Under the pieces are notes generated by a model that ran no database searches, was not told the DNA's origin, and saw nothing but the letters and a program-made list of their open reading frames with translations. This document shows, in pieces, positions 20,586 to 29,566 of a DNA stretch of 64,000 nucleotides. Every line of letters begins with the position of its first letter. Positions within the stretch are counted from its first letter, which is position 1. Source of the stretch: an uncultured delta proteobacterium (lineage in GTDB: Bacteria > Desulfobacterota > BSN033 > UBA1163); the NCBI GenBank assembly GCA_963827685.1, contig CAWHBU010000006.1, positions 288,001 through 352,000 of the forward strand, given 5' to 3'. A program made the position numbers and the translations under genes.

Positions 20586-20994
20586 GAAAAAAACTTTCAA
20601 AGCACATTTTCCTTTTTGAATCATCATTGATGATATCGGTCCCGGGAGAAACAATCGGTCTTTTGTGATTGATTATTGCTTCATGGAATAACATTCTGCC
20701 TAAATCCTAATCGTCGGTAAGACAATTGTGTGGATATTACTTCCTAAACTCCACAGACGGGCATTTGGGCAAAGCGTCCTTGATTTCAATAATCGCTAAA
20801 TCTTGAGACTATCCAAAACTGTGGACGTGCAGGTGGGATTGGTTAGGCTGGACATTTTTCTATGGGGGGTAACTTTTTGGACTTACCCACGCTTCATTTC
20901 AAGATGAAGAATAACTTTTAAACCACAGCGAAATATTCGATCCACCATTCGAGCAACCATTCAATTGCGGATTTCATATTGCGAATTGCGGATT

Positions 20995-22251
20995 TTACTT
21001 ATTACTATTCCCTTCGCGATATGTTTTAAACCATAAAGAAATATTAGATCCACCATTGGAGGCACTATTGAGGATAGCTGAACGCATCTCTTTTTTCTTC
21101 GATTGACCGACAACCACATTCAAATCACATTGTGGATCGAGATGCTCTGTTCCGATCGTCGGAGGAATTATCCCGTGATAAAGACTTAACGCCAATCCAC
21201 AAGCTCTGATCCCTCCCGAGCCGTCGAACTCCCCGAGCGCTGATTTAAGGCTGCTGACAGAAATCTCCTTCGCTCTTTCTCCAAAGATCTTTTTGATCGC
21301 AAGGGTCTCCACGCGATCCAGATCAGGAGTGGAGTTAGCGGCTGCTGAAATATAATCAACGGTGTCGAGTTCTTGGGCTGCCAGAGACATTGCCCTGGCA
21401 ATTGAATCTCCCTTAAGATCATACCGAAGAAGTCCATCTGTGCTTCCTGCAAGCCCAACACCAGCCATCTCAGCATACACTCTCGCTCCCCTCTTCTTCG
21501 CATGTTCCAATGTCTCTAAGACGACAATTCCGCTTCCTTCTCCCAGGACAATCCCATTCCGATCCTGATCAAAGGGTTTCATCCCTTCTGCGCCTTTTCC
21601 TCTTCCCGGTGACAGAGCGCCAAGCATCGAATAGACATGATAGAGAGGCTCGCTCAACTCATCGCCTCCTCCTGCGAAGACGACATCTGCCCTTCCCTCT
21701 TTCAACAGATGATAAGCAAACGTCATGGCCATCTCTGTGGAAGATTCTTTATGAGAGAAGGTGATGTTCACTCCCTTGATGCCATATTCGATGGCACAGT
21801 GGCTCGTGATGGCATTGGGCACAGCAGTTTGAAAGAGGAGGGGGGCTGCTCCCAGCGGACCCTCTTTTAGAAGGGAACGAAAGAACTGGTCTACGGTATC
21901 AGAACTCCCCAAACCCGTACCAATTGAAATCCCGATTCGGCTGGAATCCTCCTCCTTTAGGTTGAGACCGGAATCATCTATCCCCAATCGGACGGCTGAG
22001 ACAACGATTTTCCCGATCCGATCCATCCTTCTAAGATTAGCCGGCTTGATAAAAGCCTTAAAATCGATCTCCGAAAGTTGGGCTCCCAACCGAGAGCGGT
22101 AAGAACTCACGTCAATCCCCTGAATCGGCTTGATCCCGGAGATTCCTTGAAGGCAGTTCTCCCAGAAGGCCTCTTTACCAGCACCAATTGAGGAAACAAT
22201 TCCCAAACCTGTAATGACAACGCAATGATCCTTCGGCGAGTACACTTCCAT
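20995..22251 (-). CDS. Non-catalytic ketosynthase-like protein (CLF-like)
   Basis: FabF fold, but catalytic Cys is Glu (SHKESS) and both His are lost (SAAAN, GEFDG). Confidence 0.85.
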   Translation of the reverse strand: MEVYSPKDHCVVITGLGIVSSIGAGKEAFWENCLQGISGIKPIQGIDVSSYRSRLGAQLSEIDFKAFIKPANLRRMDRIGKIVVSAVRLGIDDSGLNLKEEDSSRIGISIGTGLGSSDTVDQFFRSLLKEGPLGAAPLLFQTAVPNAITSHCAIEYGIKGVNITFSHKESSTEMAMTFAYHLLKEGRADVVFAGGGDELSEPLYHVYSMLGALSPGRGKGAEGMKPFDQDRNGIVLGEGSGIVVLETLEHAKKRGARVYAEMAGVGLAGSTDGLLRYDLKGDSIARAMSLAAQELDTVDYISAAANSTPDLDRVETLAIKKIFGERAKEISVSSLKSALGEFDGSGGIRACGLALSLYHGIIPPTIGTEHLDPQCDLNVVVGQSKKKEMRSAILNSASNGGSNISLWFKTYREGNSNK

Positions 22252-22307
22252 TTTCCTATTAATTCTTAACCCCCAATTATTGAATTAAATTACCGACTCC
22301 GAACTCA

Positions 22308-23528
22308 TTACTCCGAACTAAATTTCTTAAACACCAAGCACACATTGTTGCCCCCGAAGGCGAACGAATTTGAGAGGGCCACCCGAACATCCTTCTTAAT
22401 GGATTGATTAGGTGTATAATTCAGATCACAAAGGGGATCTGGTACTTCATAGTGAATGGTCGGAGGAATGATCCCAGTCTTCAGGGTCATGACGGTCGCC
22501 ACAGCCTCGATACCACCCGCAGAGCCAAGGCAATGTCCTATCATGGATTTGATTCCGCTGATGGGAATCTCTTTTGCCCTTTCTCCAAAAACCCGTTTGA
22601 TCCCCCGTGTCTCGGCAATGTCATTGAAAGGCGTGGCCGTGCCATGGGCATTGATGGTATCGACCTCCTCTGCGGAAACCCCCGCATGAGCTAAAGCAAG
22701 GCGGATCACCCTTTCTACACCCTCCCCGTTGGGCTCCGGTGCTGTAAGATGATAGGCATCGGCGCAGATCCCATATCCTAAAAACTCCGTATGAATCGGG
22801 ACTTCTCTCTTCAATGCATGGCCCAGTTCCTCAAGGATGAGGATGCCAGCTCCTTCACCGATGACCAGACCCTGTCTCCTCTTGTCGAAGGGTTTGCAAC
22901 TTTCAGGATCAACCAGCTTCAGACTGCTGAATCCGCTATAGGAGACCTCGCAAAGAGAATCACTTCCACCCGTCACCATCACATCCGCCAAACCCATTTG
23001 AATCATCTCATAGGCTACGCCAATAGAGGCGGAACTTGAAGAACAGACTGTCGCGGTGGTCGTTCGGGGTCCTTTCAAGCCTGATTCAATGGCGATGTGG
23101 TCCGTCGTAGTGGCGAGGGAATAAGAGATAAGAAGGGACGGAGAGGACTTCTTCGTTCCTTGATAATAGTCTCTAAAATATTTTTCGACTGAGAGAATGC
23201 CGCCGGAGCCTGCCCCCAATACGACCCCTACCCTTTCCTTATTATGCGAATCCTGGTTAAGACGGGCAGATTTCCACGCCTCTCTGAAGGCAATCAGGCC
23301 GAATTGATCACATCGGGAGAGGCGTCGAGTCTCCTTTTTTGAAAAATGGGCCCCAGGGTCCAAATGGGAAACCTCTGCAGCAATCTTCGTCCGGTAGGCA
23401 GAGGGATCAAAGACCGTAATCTCCTTTGTCCCATCTCTTCCCTCGATGAGGGAGTTCCAGAACTCAGGGAGGTCATTTCCCACGGCACTAACCACACCCA
23501 GACCTGTAATCACAACCCTTTTCTTCAT
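22308..23528 (-). CDS. fabF: Beta-ketoacyl-ACP synthase, intact Cys-His-His triad
   Basis: TVCSSS, NAHGTAT, GHCLG and SFAFGG motifs. Confidence 0.9.
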   Translation of the reverse strand: MKKRVVITGLGVVSAVGNDLPEFWNSLIEGRDGTKEITVFDPSAYRTKIAAEVSHLDPGAHFSKKETRRLSRCDQFGLIAFREAWKSARLNQDSHNKERVGVVLGAGSGGILSVEKYFRDYYQGTKKSSPSLLISYSLATTTDHIAIESGLKGPRTTTATVCSSSSASIGVAYEMIQMGLADVMVTGGSDSLCEVSYSGFSSLKLVDPESCKPFDKRRQGLVIGEGAGILILEELGHALKREVPIHTEFLGYGICADAYHLTAPEPNGEGVERVIRLALAHAGVSAEEVDTINAHGTATPFNDIAETRGIKRVFGERAKEIPISGIKSMIGHCLGSAGGIEAVATVMTLKTGIIPPTIHYEVPDPLCDLNYTPNQSIKKDVRVALSNSFAFGGNNVCLVFKKFSSE

Positions 23529-23550
23529 TTGACCTCAGTTAATTAAGCAC

Positions 23551-23910
23551 GTGTCCGTGCCTGCACGCTGAAGCCTGCCTCCGCCGGAGCGGCTTCGCGC
23601 AGGCAGGCGTTTCGGCGCGCAAGCGTGTCCGTTTTTCGTGTCCGGAAACCATTAGAATTCTATTTCCAAATTACCTAGAAAATAACTCTCAAATCCCCCA
23701 ACCCCCCTTTTGCTAAAGGGGGGCGAGGGGGGATTAGCAATTTTCATGGTTCGTGCCTGCCTGCCGGTAGGCAGGGGTGACGAACCCGTCATGAAAGATT
23801 GTTCAGAAAATAAAACGCCCCAAAAATCTTCCTCCCCCCTTGCGGGGGAGGATCAAGGTGGGGGGTAGTCCATTTTGTTCACCCCCACCCACCCCCGGGA
23901 GGGGGACCAT
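23551..23910. repeat. Cluster of REP-like hairpins of several families, partly nested
   Basis: CCTGCACG..CGTG unit (23560-23627) containing CCTGCC..GGCAGG (23574-23607); AATCCCCC..AAAGGGGG (23692-23736); CTCCCCCCTTGCGGGGGAG (~23832). Confidence 0.7.
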
Positions 23911-23943
23911 TCAAATTTCTATCATTCGGATGCAACGTATCCA

Positions 23944-24804
23944 TCACGATATATTACTTCTGAATGCTAAAATGGTTTTGCTGACTCCGGGAAGAAGGAT
24001 TTTCTTCAGGCTGAGATAGAAAAGCGCTTCCGCGAGGCTTCCAAAAAGAACGGAGGCTGTTCGCTTTTCCAAATCACTGGGGAGCGTGTATCCACCGATC
24101 AGGTGTTGGCCTTTTCCAAAACCAATTCTCTCTAAACACCCCTGAATCATCTTCGGCGAGAAATCGGAGAGATGAGCAGGTAGATCGTATAAACGATTCT
24201 TAACGCCGAAGAAATGGAGTAGACTCTTGATGGGGGTGGTATGAGGATACCTCAGCAGGAGGAGTCCTCCTGGTTTGAGAATTCGGTAGCATTCCCTGAG
24301 AAAGGTCATCGGGTGGGGGAGGTGCTCGATGACATAGAATCCAGTGACTGCATCGAAATGATTATCGGGAAAACCCACCTTCTCCAATGGTCCAGGATGG
24401 ACTGTCAGTCCTAAAACATTCCTTGCATAGTCTAAGGCTTTTTGGGAAATCTCAATGCCCACTGCCTCCCATCCCCTGTTCTTCATCTCGGCAATAAAAA
24501 ATCCAAAACCAGCCCCTACATCCAAGAGCCGTCCATTTCTTCTATATCGCTTGAGTAGATCTGCCGCCCGATGGAAGACGGGCTTCATCATCTTCTCCCA
24601 TGATCCAATCGAGGCTTCTTCTTCCGGAAGATACTGTTGATAGAAATGATGAAGAGATTCAACCGTGGGCCGAGGATTGAGAAAGATGAATTGACATGAG
24701 GGACACCGGACCATTTGGAAGGAACCCTCCAGGTGTAGAGGGTCTCCTCTTGACTTTTGGCAGATGGGACAGTTGACCTCCTCCATTTCAAAATCCATGT
24801 TCAA
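23944..24804 (-). CDS. Class I SAM-dependent methyltransferase with N-terminal Zn-ribbon
   Basis: CPIC..CPSC, LLDVGAGFG, VIEHL and LKPGG motifs. Confidence 0.9.
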   Translation of the reverse strand: MNMDFEMEEVNCPICQKSRGDPLHLEGSFQMVRCPSCQFIFLNPRPTVESLHHFYQQYLPEEEASIGSWEKMMKPVFHRAADLLKRYRRNGRLLDVGAGFGFFIAEMKNRGWEAVGIEISQKALDYARNVLGLTVHPGPLEKVGFPDNHFDAVTGFYVIEHLPHPMTFLRECYRILKPGGLLLLRYPHTTPIKSLLHFFGVKNRLYDLPAHLSDFSPKMIQGCLERIGFGKGQHLIGGYTLPSDLEKRTASVLFGSLAEALFYLSLKKILLPGVSKTILAFRSNIS

Positions 24805-24832
24805 CTCTTATACTGACCGCCAAAAGAAAGTT

Positions 24833-24972
24833 GTCATTGCGAGGAGCGAAGCGACGTGCCTGCACGCCGCAGTGCCTGCCTTCGTCCCGCAAGGCAGGGC
24901 TTCACGCAGACAGGCGTTTCGGCACGCAGGCGTGGCAATCTAATGAGATTGCTTCACTTCGTTCGCAATGAC
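24833..24972. repeat. GTCATTGCGAG..CGCAATGAC REPIN-like element with two nested inserts
   Basis: Inverted ends. A simpler relative lies at 47513-47587. Confidence 0.7.
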
Positions 24973-25002
24973 ATCCTGTGCGTGCCAACTTATTTATGAC
25001 GG

Positions 25003-25722
25003 TTACTTTGGTAATCCCCCTTTGCCTCCTCTTATTGAAGGAGGATTAGGATTAGGCCTCACCGATTCGATCCACATCTCTACGGTTCGTGTGTAAAGCT
25101 TCCAACGCTCCAATCTCGATTGTTCTAAGAAATCCCGACATTCCTTGATGGTATAGGAAGACTGGATCGATTCTAAAAAACCTCTCGTCGCTTTAGGATG
25201 TCTTCCAAAAAAAGCTTTCCAAAGAAGATTAAAAATTCCGATGAACACAATAGAGGCATCCCGGTGAAAATCAACTATAACAAACGCTCCCCCTTCCTTC
25301 AAGGATCGGGCAACCTCGTTGAAGAAGTCGACAGGGCGGTCTAAATGGTGGAGAGTGGTAATGCAGAGAACAAGATCGAGAGAATGATCTTCAACGGGGA
25401 GGGAGTAGGCCGAACCCACCTCAAATTCGATTTTGTCGGCCAATCTTTTCTCCTTCGCATTTCTTCTCGCAATTTCGACCATCACTGGAGAGAGATCAAT
25501 ACCTTTAAATCGAACCCCCGGAATGGCCTTTGACAAAAAAATGGGAAAGGTTCCGGGACCTGTTCCCACATCAATGGCCCTTCCCTTCTCAATCCCCTTG
25601 GCCAATACCCGTTTGAGAACCCTCTGGCACGGGAACCTCCCATATCGCTTGGCCATAAGGTTGTAATATTCCGCCAGCTCCTGGTCTTCAATAATACCAG
25701 ACTCTGTGATTCGCTCTTTCAT
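25003..25722 (-). CDS. Class I SAM-dependent methyltransferase
   Basis: DVGTGPG, GIDLS and TLHH motifs. Confidence 0.9.
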   Translation of the reverse strand: MKERITESGIIEDQELAEYYNLMAKRYGRFPCQRVLKRVLAKGIEKGRAIDVGTGPGTFPIFLSKAIPGVRFKGIDLSPVMVEIARRNAKEKRLADKIEFEVGSAYSLPVEDHSLDLVLCITTLHHLDRPVDFFNEVARSLKEGGAFVIVDFHRDASIVFIGIFNLLWKAFFGRHPKATRGFLESIQSSYTIKECRDFLEQSRLERWKLYTRTVEMWIESVRPNPNPPSIRGGKGGLPK

Positions 25723-26165
25723 TCTCCTTCCGCCAGCCTCTTTGCCAAAACAAGCGTTCCCTCAGCTATTATTTCTCCTTCCACTCTAGCCAGAACCTTC
25801 ACCTTGGCCAAATCAGAAAATATATGTAGCACTTCTGCCTCAATGTTGACTTGATCTCCCGGTATAACTCTTCTTTTCAATCGAAACTCTTCAACTCTCG
25901 CTAAGACAGGTATCCTTTCTCCTCCATCTTCAAATGAGGATTGAAAGGCCAGTCCCCCGGTTTGCGCCATTGCTTCGAGAATCAATACTCCCGGCATGAC
26001 AGGGTCTTTTAGGAAATGGCCTGAAAAATGCGGTTCATCAATGCTGACATTTTTCAGGGCAATCGCCTTCTTTCCATTTTCGATCTCGAGAATCCGATCG
26101 ATCATCCGGAAAGGAAAGGCATGGGGAAGTCTCAACAAGATTTCATTGAGGTCGGTCGTCTTCAT
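25719..26165 (-). CDS. fabZ: 3-hydroxyacyl-ACP dehydratase
   Basis: LPH.FPF.MIDRI and GHF..PVMPGVLILEAMAQ. Start placed at MKTTD. Confidence 0.9.
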   Translation of the reverse strand: MKTTDLNEILLRLPHAFPFRMIDRILEIENGKKAIALKNVSIDEPHFSGHFLKDPVMPGVLILEAMAQTGGLAFQSSFEDGGERIPVLARVEEFRLKRRVIPGDQVNIEAEVLHIFSDLAKVKVLARVEGEIIAEGTLVLAKRLAEGE

Positions 26166-26188
26166 TTTAATCCGTAATTGACATAGAT

Positions 26189-26445
26189 AAAATTTCAAAT
26201 ACCAAAATCCAAATGTGAAGCTCCCCGCCCACAGGGCGGGGCTTCCCGGCAAGGTATTTTCATTTTATATTGTGCCCCTTGCCCCCGCCTACAAGGCGGG
26301 GCTTGTGGGGCACGTTCCGGCCAAATCAATGCCAAATGATTAAATATCAGAGTTATTCTTTTGAAATTTGACCCTTCGATTCCATTTGAACTTGATTCAC
26401 CTTCGGTTCATCACTTCGTGCGGGCTTTGGCTTTGGTATTTGAAA
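26189..26445. repeat. Heptamer-periodic palindrome with an IS200/605-type miniature inserted at 26215-26324
   Basis: TTTCAAATACCAAAATCCAAA ... TTTGGCTTTGGTATTTGAAA arms; the insert matches 8296-8431. Confidence 0.7.
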
Positions 26446-26469
26446 ACATATCCTTTTGTTCACAAATGC

Positions 26470-26949
26470 CTAAAAGAGAGATAGAATTTTAAAGATTCCT
26501 TTAGCGATCCCCATGATAATAAAAATACCTATGAAGGAGCCTGTCATTAAAAGAACGGTTCCTTCAATCTTTCCCTTTTTAAGAAAGAAACTAACGATGC
26601 TCGCTGAAAGGATTCCAAAACCCCGAATGGGAAGAGCAGAAAGCAGGATGAGTCCCACATTCCCCAGGGACATCACTTTTCTTAAGATCGGCCTTTCATC
26701 CAATCGGGTCAAGACATGATCCGTTTTTTTCTTCAACCATCGCACAGGGAAGAAACTCCTACTCGAATGCTCCAAGATGATTCCATAGACTGGGATTTGA
26801 ACATAGTCATAAGCCAGAGCCAAAGGAAAGTAGAGGGAAACAGGCATTTGATTGAAGATGGCAAAAAGCACAGAGAAAGATCGCCCCAGGGTGAAGTGGA
26901 TAAGGGTGAAGAGCGAAATCAATTTCCAATAGCCGGCTATCCACTCCAT
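26470..26949 (-). CDS. Small integral membrane protein of unknown function
   Basis: Several hydrophobic segments; overlaps the end of the upstream KS-like gene. Confidence 0.7.
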   Translation of the reverse strand: MEWIAGYWKLISLFTLIHFTLGRSFSVLFAIFNQMPVSLYFPLALAYDYVQIPVYGIILEHSSRSFFPVRWLKKKTDHVLTRLDERPILRKVMSLGNVGLILLSALPIRGFGILSASIVSFFLKKGKIEGTVLLMTGSFIGIFIIMGIAKGIFKILSLF

Positions 26950-28169
26950 TCAACACCTACCAGGATAGACGAAAAGCAATTCTCTGGTGAAATTCCTAAA
27001 TGGAGGATCGTCTGAACCTCTCGATTCAATCTTTGATTGACCACATAATGGAGATCACAGATCGGATCCGGGTTCAGATAATTAATGGTCGGTGAAATGA
27101 AGTCATTTCCCATGGAAAGTACATTGGCCACCATTCTCATCCCGCCGGATGCAATGGCTTCTCCCACCATCGACTTGATCGAACTAACAGGAATCTGAAG
27201 GTACTCGGTTGGAAATGTCTTCTTAACCCCTTTGGCCTCCAGGGCATCCAATACTTTGGATGAATTCCCAGCCCCGCTGAGATAATCGACGGAAGCACCT
27301 TTTTTCCCCTTAAGTGCCAGTTTCATGGACCGATTCAAATCCTCTGACCCGTCGCCTTTAGATGATCTCCCGACCAAACTATAACCGAGAATATAACCGT
27401 AAATCCTTACCCCCCTCGATCGGGCATGCTGTTCATTTTCAACCACCAATAATCCAGCGCCCTCTCCCAATACCAATCCATTTCGCATTTTATCGTAAGG
27501 CCGGGACTTTTCTCCATGTCTCTGATCTGTGGCTAACAGGTGAAGTTCTGAAAACCCGCGGAACAGAATCTCGCTTAGTTCATCCACTCCACCTGTGAGG
27601 ATAAGGTCAGCCTTTCCTTTTCGAAGCTGATCACAGGCGAAACATATAGCGGCCTCTGCTGTGCAGAAGGATTGAACCAATGTCGAATTGACCCCCTGGA
27701 TTCCAAGTTCAATGGAGACATAACTGGAGGGGGCATTAGGAACAGTATTGGGAAAGAGCATGGGGTTTAAGTCCAAGAAACCTTTCAGGACCTGGCCTTG
27801 ATGAAATTCCTCTGAGCTCGAGAGACCACAGAAACCAGAGCCAAAGACGACTCCGACCCTTGAGCTATTCTCCTGAGTCACAGTGAACTGAGCATCGCCT
27901 AAAGCCAATTTCGACGCTGCGATAGCGAACTGACTCGCCCGATCAAGGCGCCGGATCTTACTCGCGGGTATAAAATCTTTGGGATGGAAGGATCGGATCA
28001 CTCCTCCCTTTTTAGAACGGGAGAAACGCGTATCGAATTCTTTAATCTCCTCAATGCCGGATTTCCCGTTCTTTAAGGATGAAAGGAATTCCTCCTTCCC
28101 GATTCCAATCGGAGAGACGATTCCTATTCCGGTAACACAAATACGATCTGATGCCTTCGGCTCACTCAT
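26937..28169 (-). CDS. Second non-catalytic ketosynthase-like protein (CLF-like)
   Basis: FabF fold. The catalytic position reads QSFCT (Cys shifted by one) and both His are lost (SGAGN, GEAIA). Confidence 0.85.
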   Translation of the reverse strand: MSEPKASDRICVTGIGIVSPIGIGKEEFLSSLKNGKSGIEEIKEFDTRFSRSKKGGVIRSFHPKDFIPASKIRRLDRASQFAIAASKLALGDAQFTVTQENSSRVGVVFGSGFCGLSSSEEFHQGQVLKGFLDLNPMLFPNTVPNAPSSYVSIELGIQGVNSTLVQSFCTAEAAICFACDQLRKGKADLILTGGVDELSEILFRGFSELHLLATDQRHGEKSRPYDKMRNGLVLGEGAGLLVVENEQHARSRGVRIYGYILGYSLVGRSSKGDGSEDLNRSMKLALKGKKGASVDYLSGAGNSSKVLDALEAKGVKKTFPTEYLQIPVSSIKSMVGEAIASGGMRMVANVLSMGNDFISPTINYLNPDPICDLHYVVNQRLNREVQTILHLGISPENCFSSILVGVEWSG

Positions 28170-29391
28170 AGACCTTTTCTTCGTCTCCCTCGAGGTCCAT
28201 CGCATCTTTTTCTACATCCCTTGCATCACTCTCTCTTTTTAACACCTCCCTGTAGAATTCATGTTGAATAAGAAGACTCATGATTTCATTCGTTCCGGTC
28301 CAGATCATCTGCAATCTCGCATCGCGGAAGAAACGCTCGATGGGATAGACATTCGTATATCCGATTCCACCCATCACCTGCATCGAATGGTTGACGACCT
28401 CCCAGAGCATTTCTGTAGAGTTCTTTTTTGCCTCGGAGACCATCCGCCTCGAATCAAAACCTTCATCGACATGCCTTGCCGTCACATAGACCAGACTCCG
28501 AGCGGCATCGAGTTTTGTAATCGAATCGGCCACCCTAAAACTGACTGCTTCAAATTTTCGGATCGTCTCTCCAAAGGCCTTCCTCCGGTCGCTGTATCGT
28601 GTAGCAATCTCCAGACAGCACCGCGCCATGCCAAGGGCTCCGGCTGCAGTGGTCAATCGCTCAGGGATCATCATCCGGTCGAAGACCAGCGAACCTCCAT
28701 TCAACGGCCCAACGAGATTTTTTGCCGGCACCTTGGTATCGCGAAAATAGAGACGGCCTGTCCCTCCTCCGCGTGAACCCAGGAGTCCGTAAACATGCTT
28801 GACTTCTACACCCATGTCCCTTTCGACAATGAAACAGGAAATGGATTGGTGGGGATGAGCCTCTGGTGCCGTTTTTGCATAGACCAGAAAATAATCCGCC
28901 CCCTCCGCACCCACCACAAAACGCTTCTGGCCATTGAGGATGTAATGATTCCCATCTTTCTTGGCAAGGGTGGTGGCGCCGAAAAAGTCGGATCCTCCCC
29001 GGGGTTCAGTGAGAGCCTCTGCGCAGCAGAGCTTTCCCTCAAGGGTGGGCTTCAAATATTTTGCCTTCTGCTCCGGCGTACCAAAATGATGGATCGCCTC
29101 GCCGCAGATGCTCACTAAAGAGTAGAGGCAGCTCATTCCTGATCCAAGGACACCAATTTCCTCAATGGCCGCTACCTCCCCTGTCCACTTCATCCCCCTG
29201 CCTCCCCATTCCTTGGAGAAGCGAAGGCCGAGGAGATTCTGTGCTGCCAGACTTTCAATATACTCCTTCGGATACTTCACCTGATCAGCGTCCATGGCTC
29301 GAATCAGTGAACTCGGCACCTTTTCTCTGACGAACCTTCTGACCTCCTCTTGCAACTTCTTCTCTTCCTCTGTCAAAAGAAAATCATACAT
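28162..29391 (-). CDS. Acyl-CoA dehydrogenase
   Basis: [15 protein letters not shown] and GGIGY motifs; coupled to the KS-like gene by an ATGAGTGA overlap. Confidence 0.92.
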   Translation of the reverse strand: MYDFLLTEEEKKLQEEVRRFVREKVPSSLIRAMDADQVKYPKEYIESLAAQNLLGLRFSKEWGGRGMKWTGEVAAIEEIGVLGSGMSCLYSLVSICGEAIHHFGTPEQKAKYLKPTLEGKLCCAEALTEPRGGSDFFGATTLAKKDGNHYILNGQKRFVVGAEGADYFLVYAKTAPEAHPHQSISCFIVERDMGVEVKHVYGLLGSRGGGTGRLYFRDTKVPAKNLVGPLNGGSLVFDRMMIPERLTTAAGALGMARCCLEIATRYSDRRKAFGETIRKFEAVSFRVADSITKLDAARSLVYVTARHVDEGFDSRRMVSEAKKNSTEMLWEVVNHSMQVMGGIGYTNVYPIERFFRDARLQMIWTGTNEIMSLLIQHEFYREVLKRESDARDVEKDAMDLEGDEEKVYE

Positions 29392-29566
29392 CGTTTTCCC
29401 GCTCCCCTAAAAGTGATATTGGCTTCCTGGCCGTTCTTCCATGATGAATTCATTACCCAAAAATCATAAAGAATCAAGAGAATTCTTTTCCGAGACCGAT
29501 CCCTGATAGCCCCTTGTGTTTTTAGGAGCGATTGATTAATATTGGGGGTGATAGGAGAGGAAAGTT

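Noticed and set aside
23551-24972. Possible CRISPR array among clustered repeats
   Set aside because: No identical direct repeats with regular unique spacers, and no cas genes in the window.
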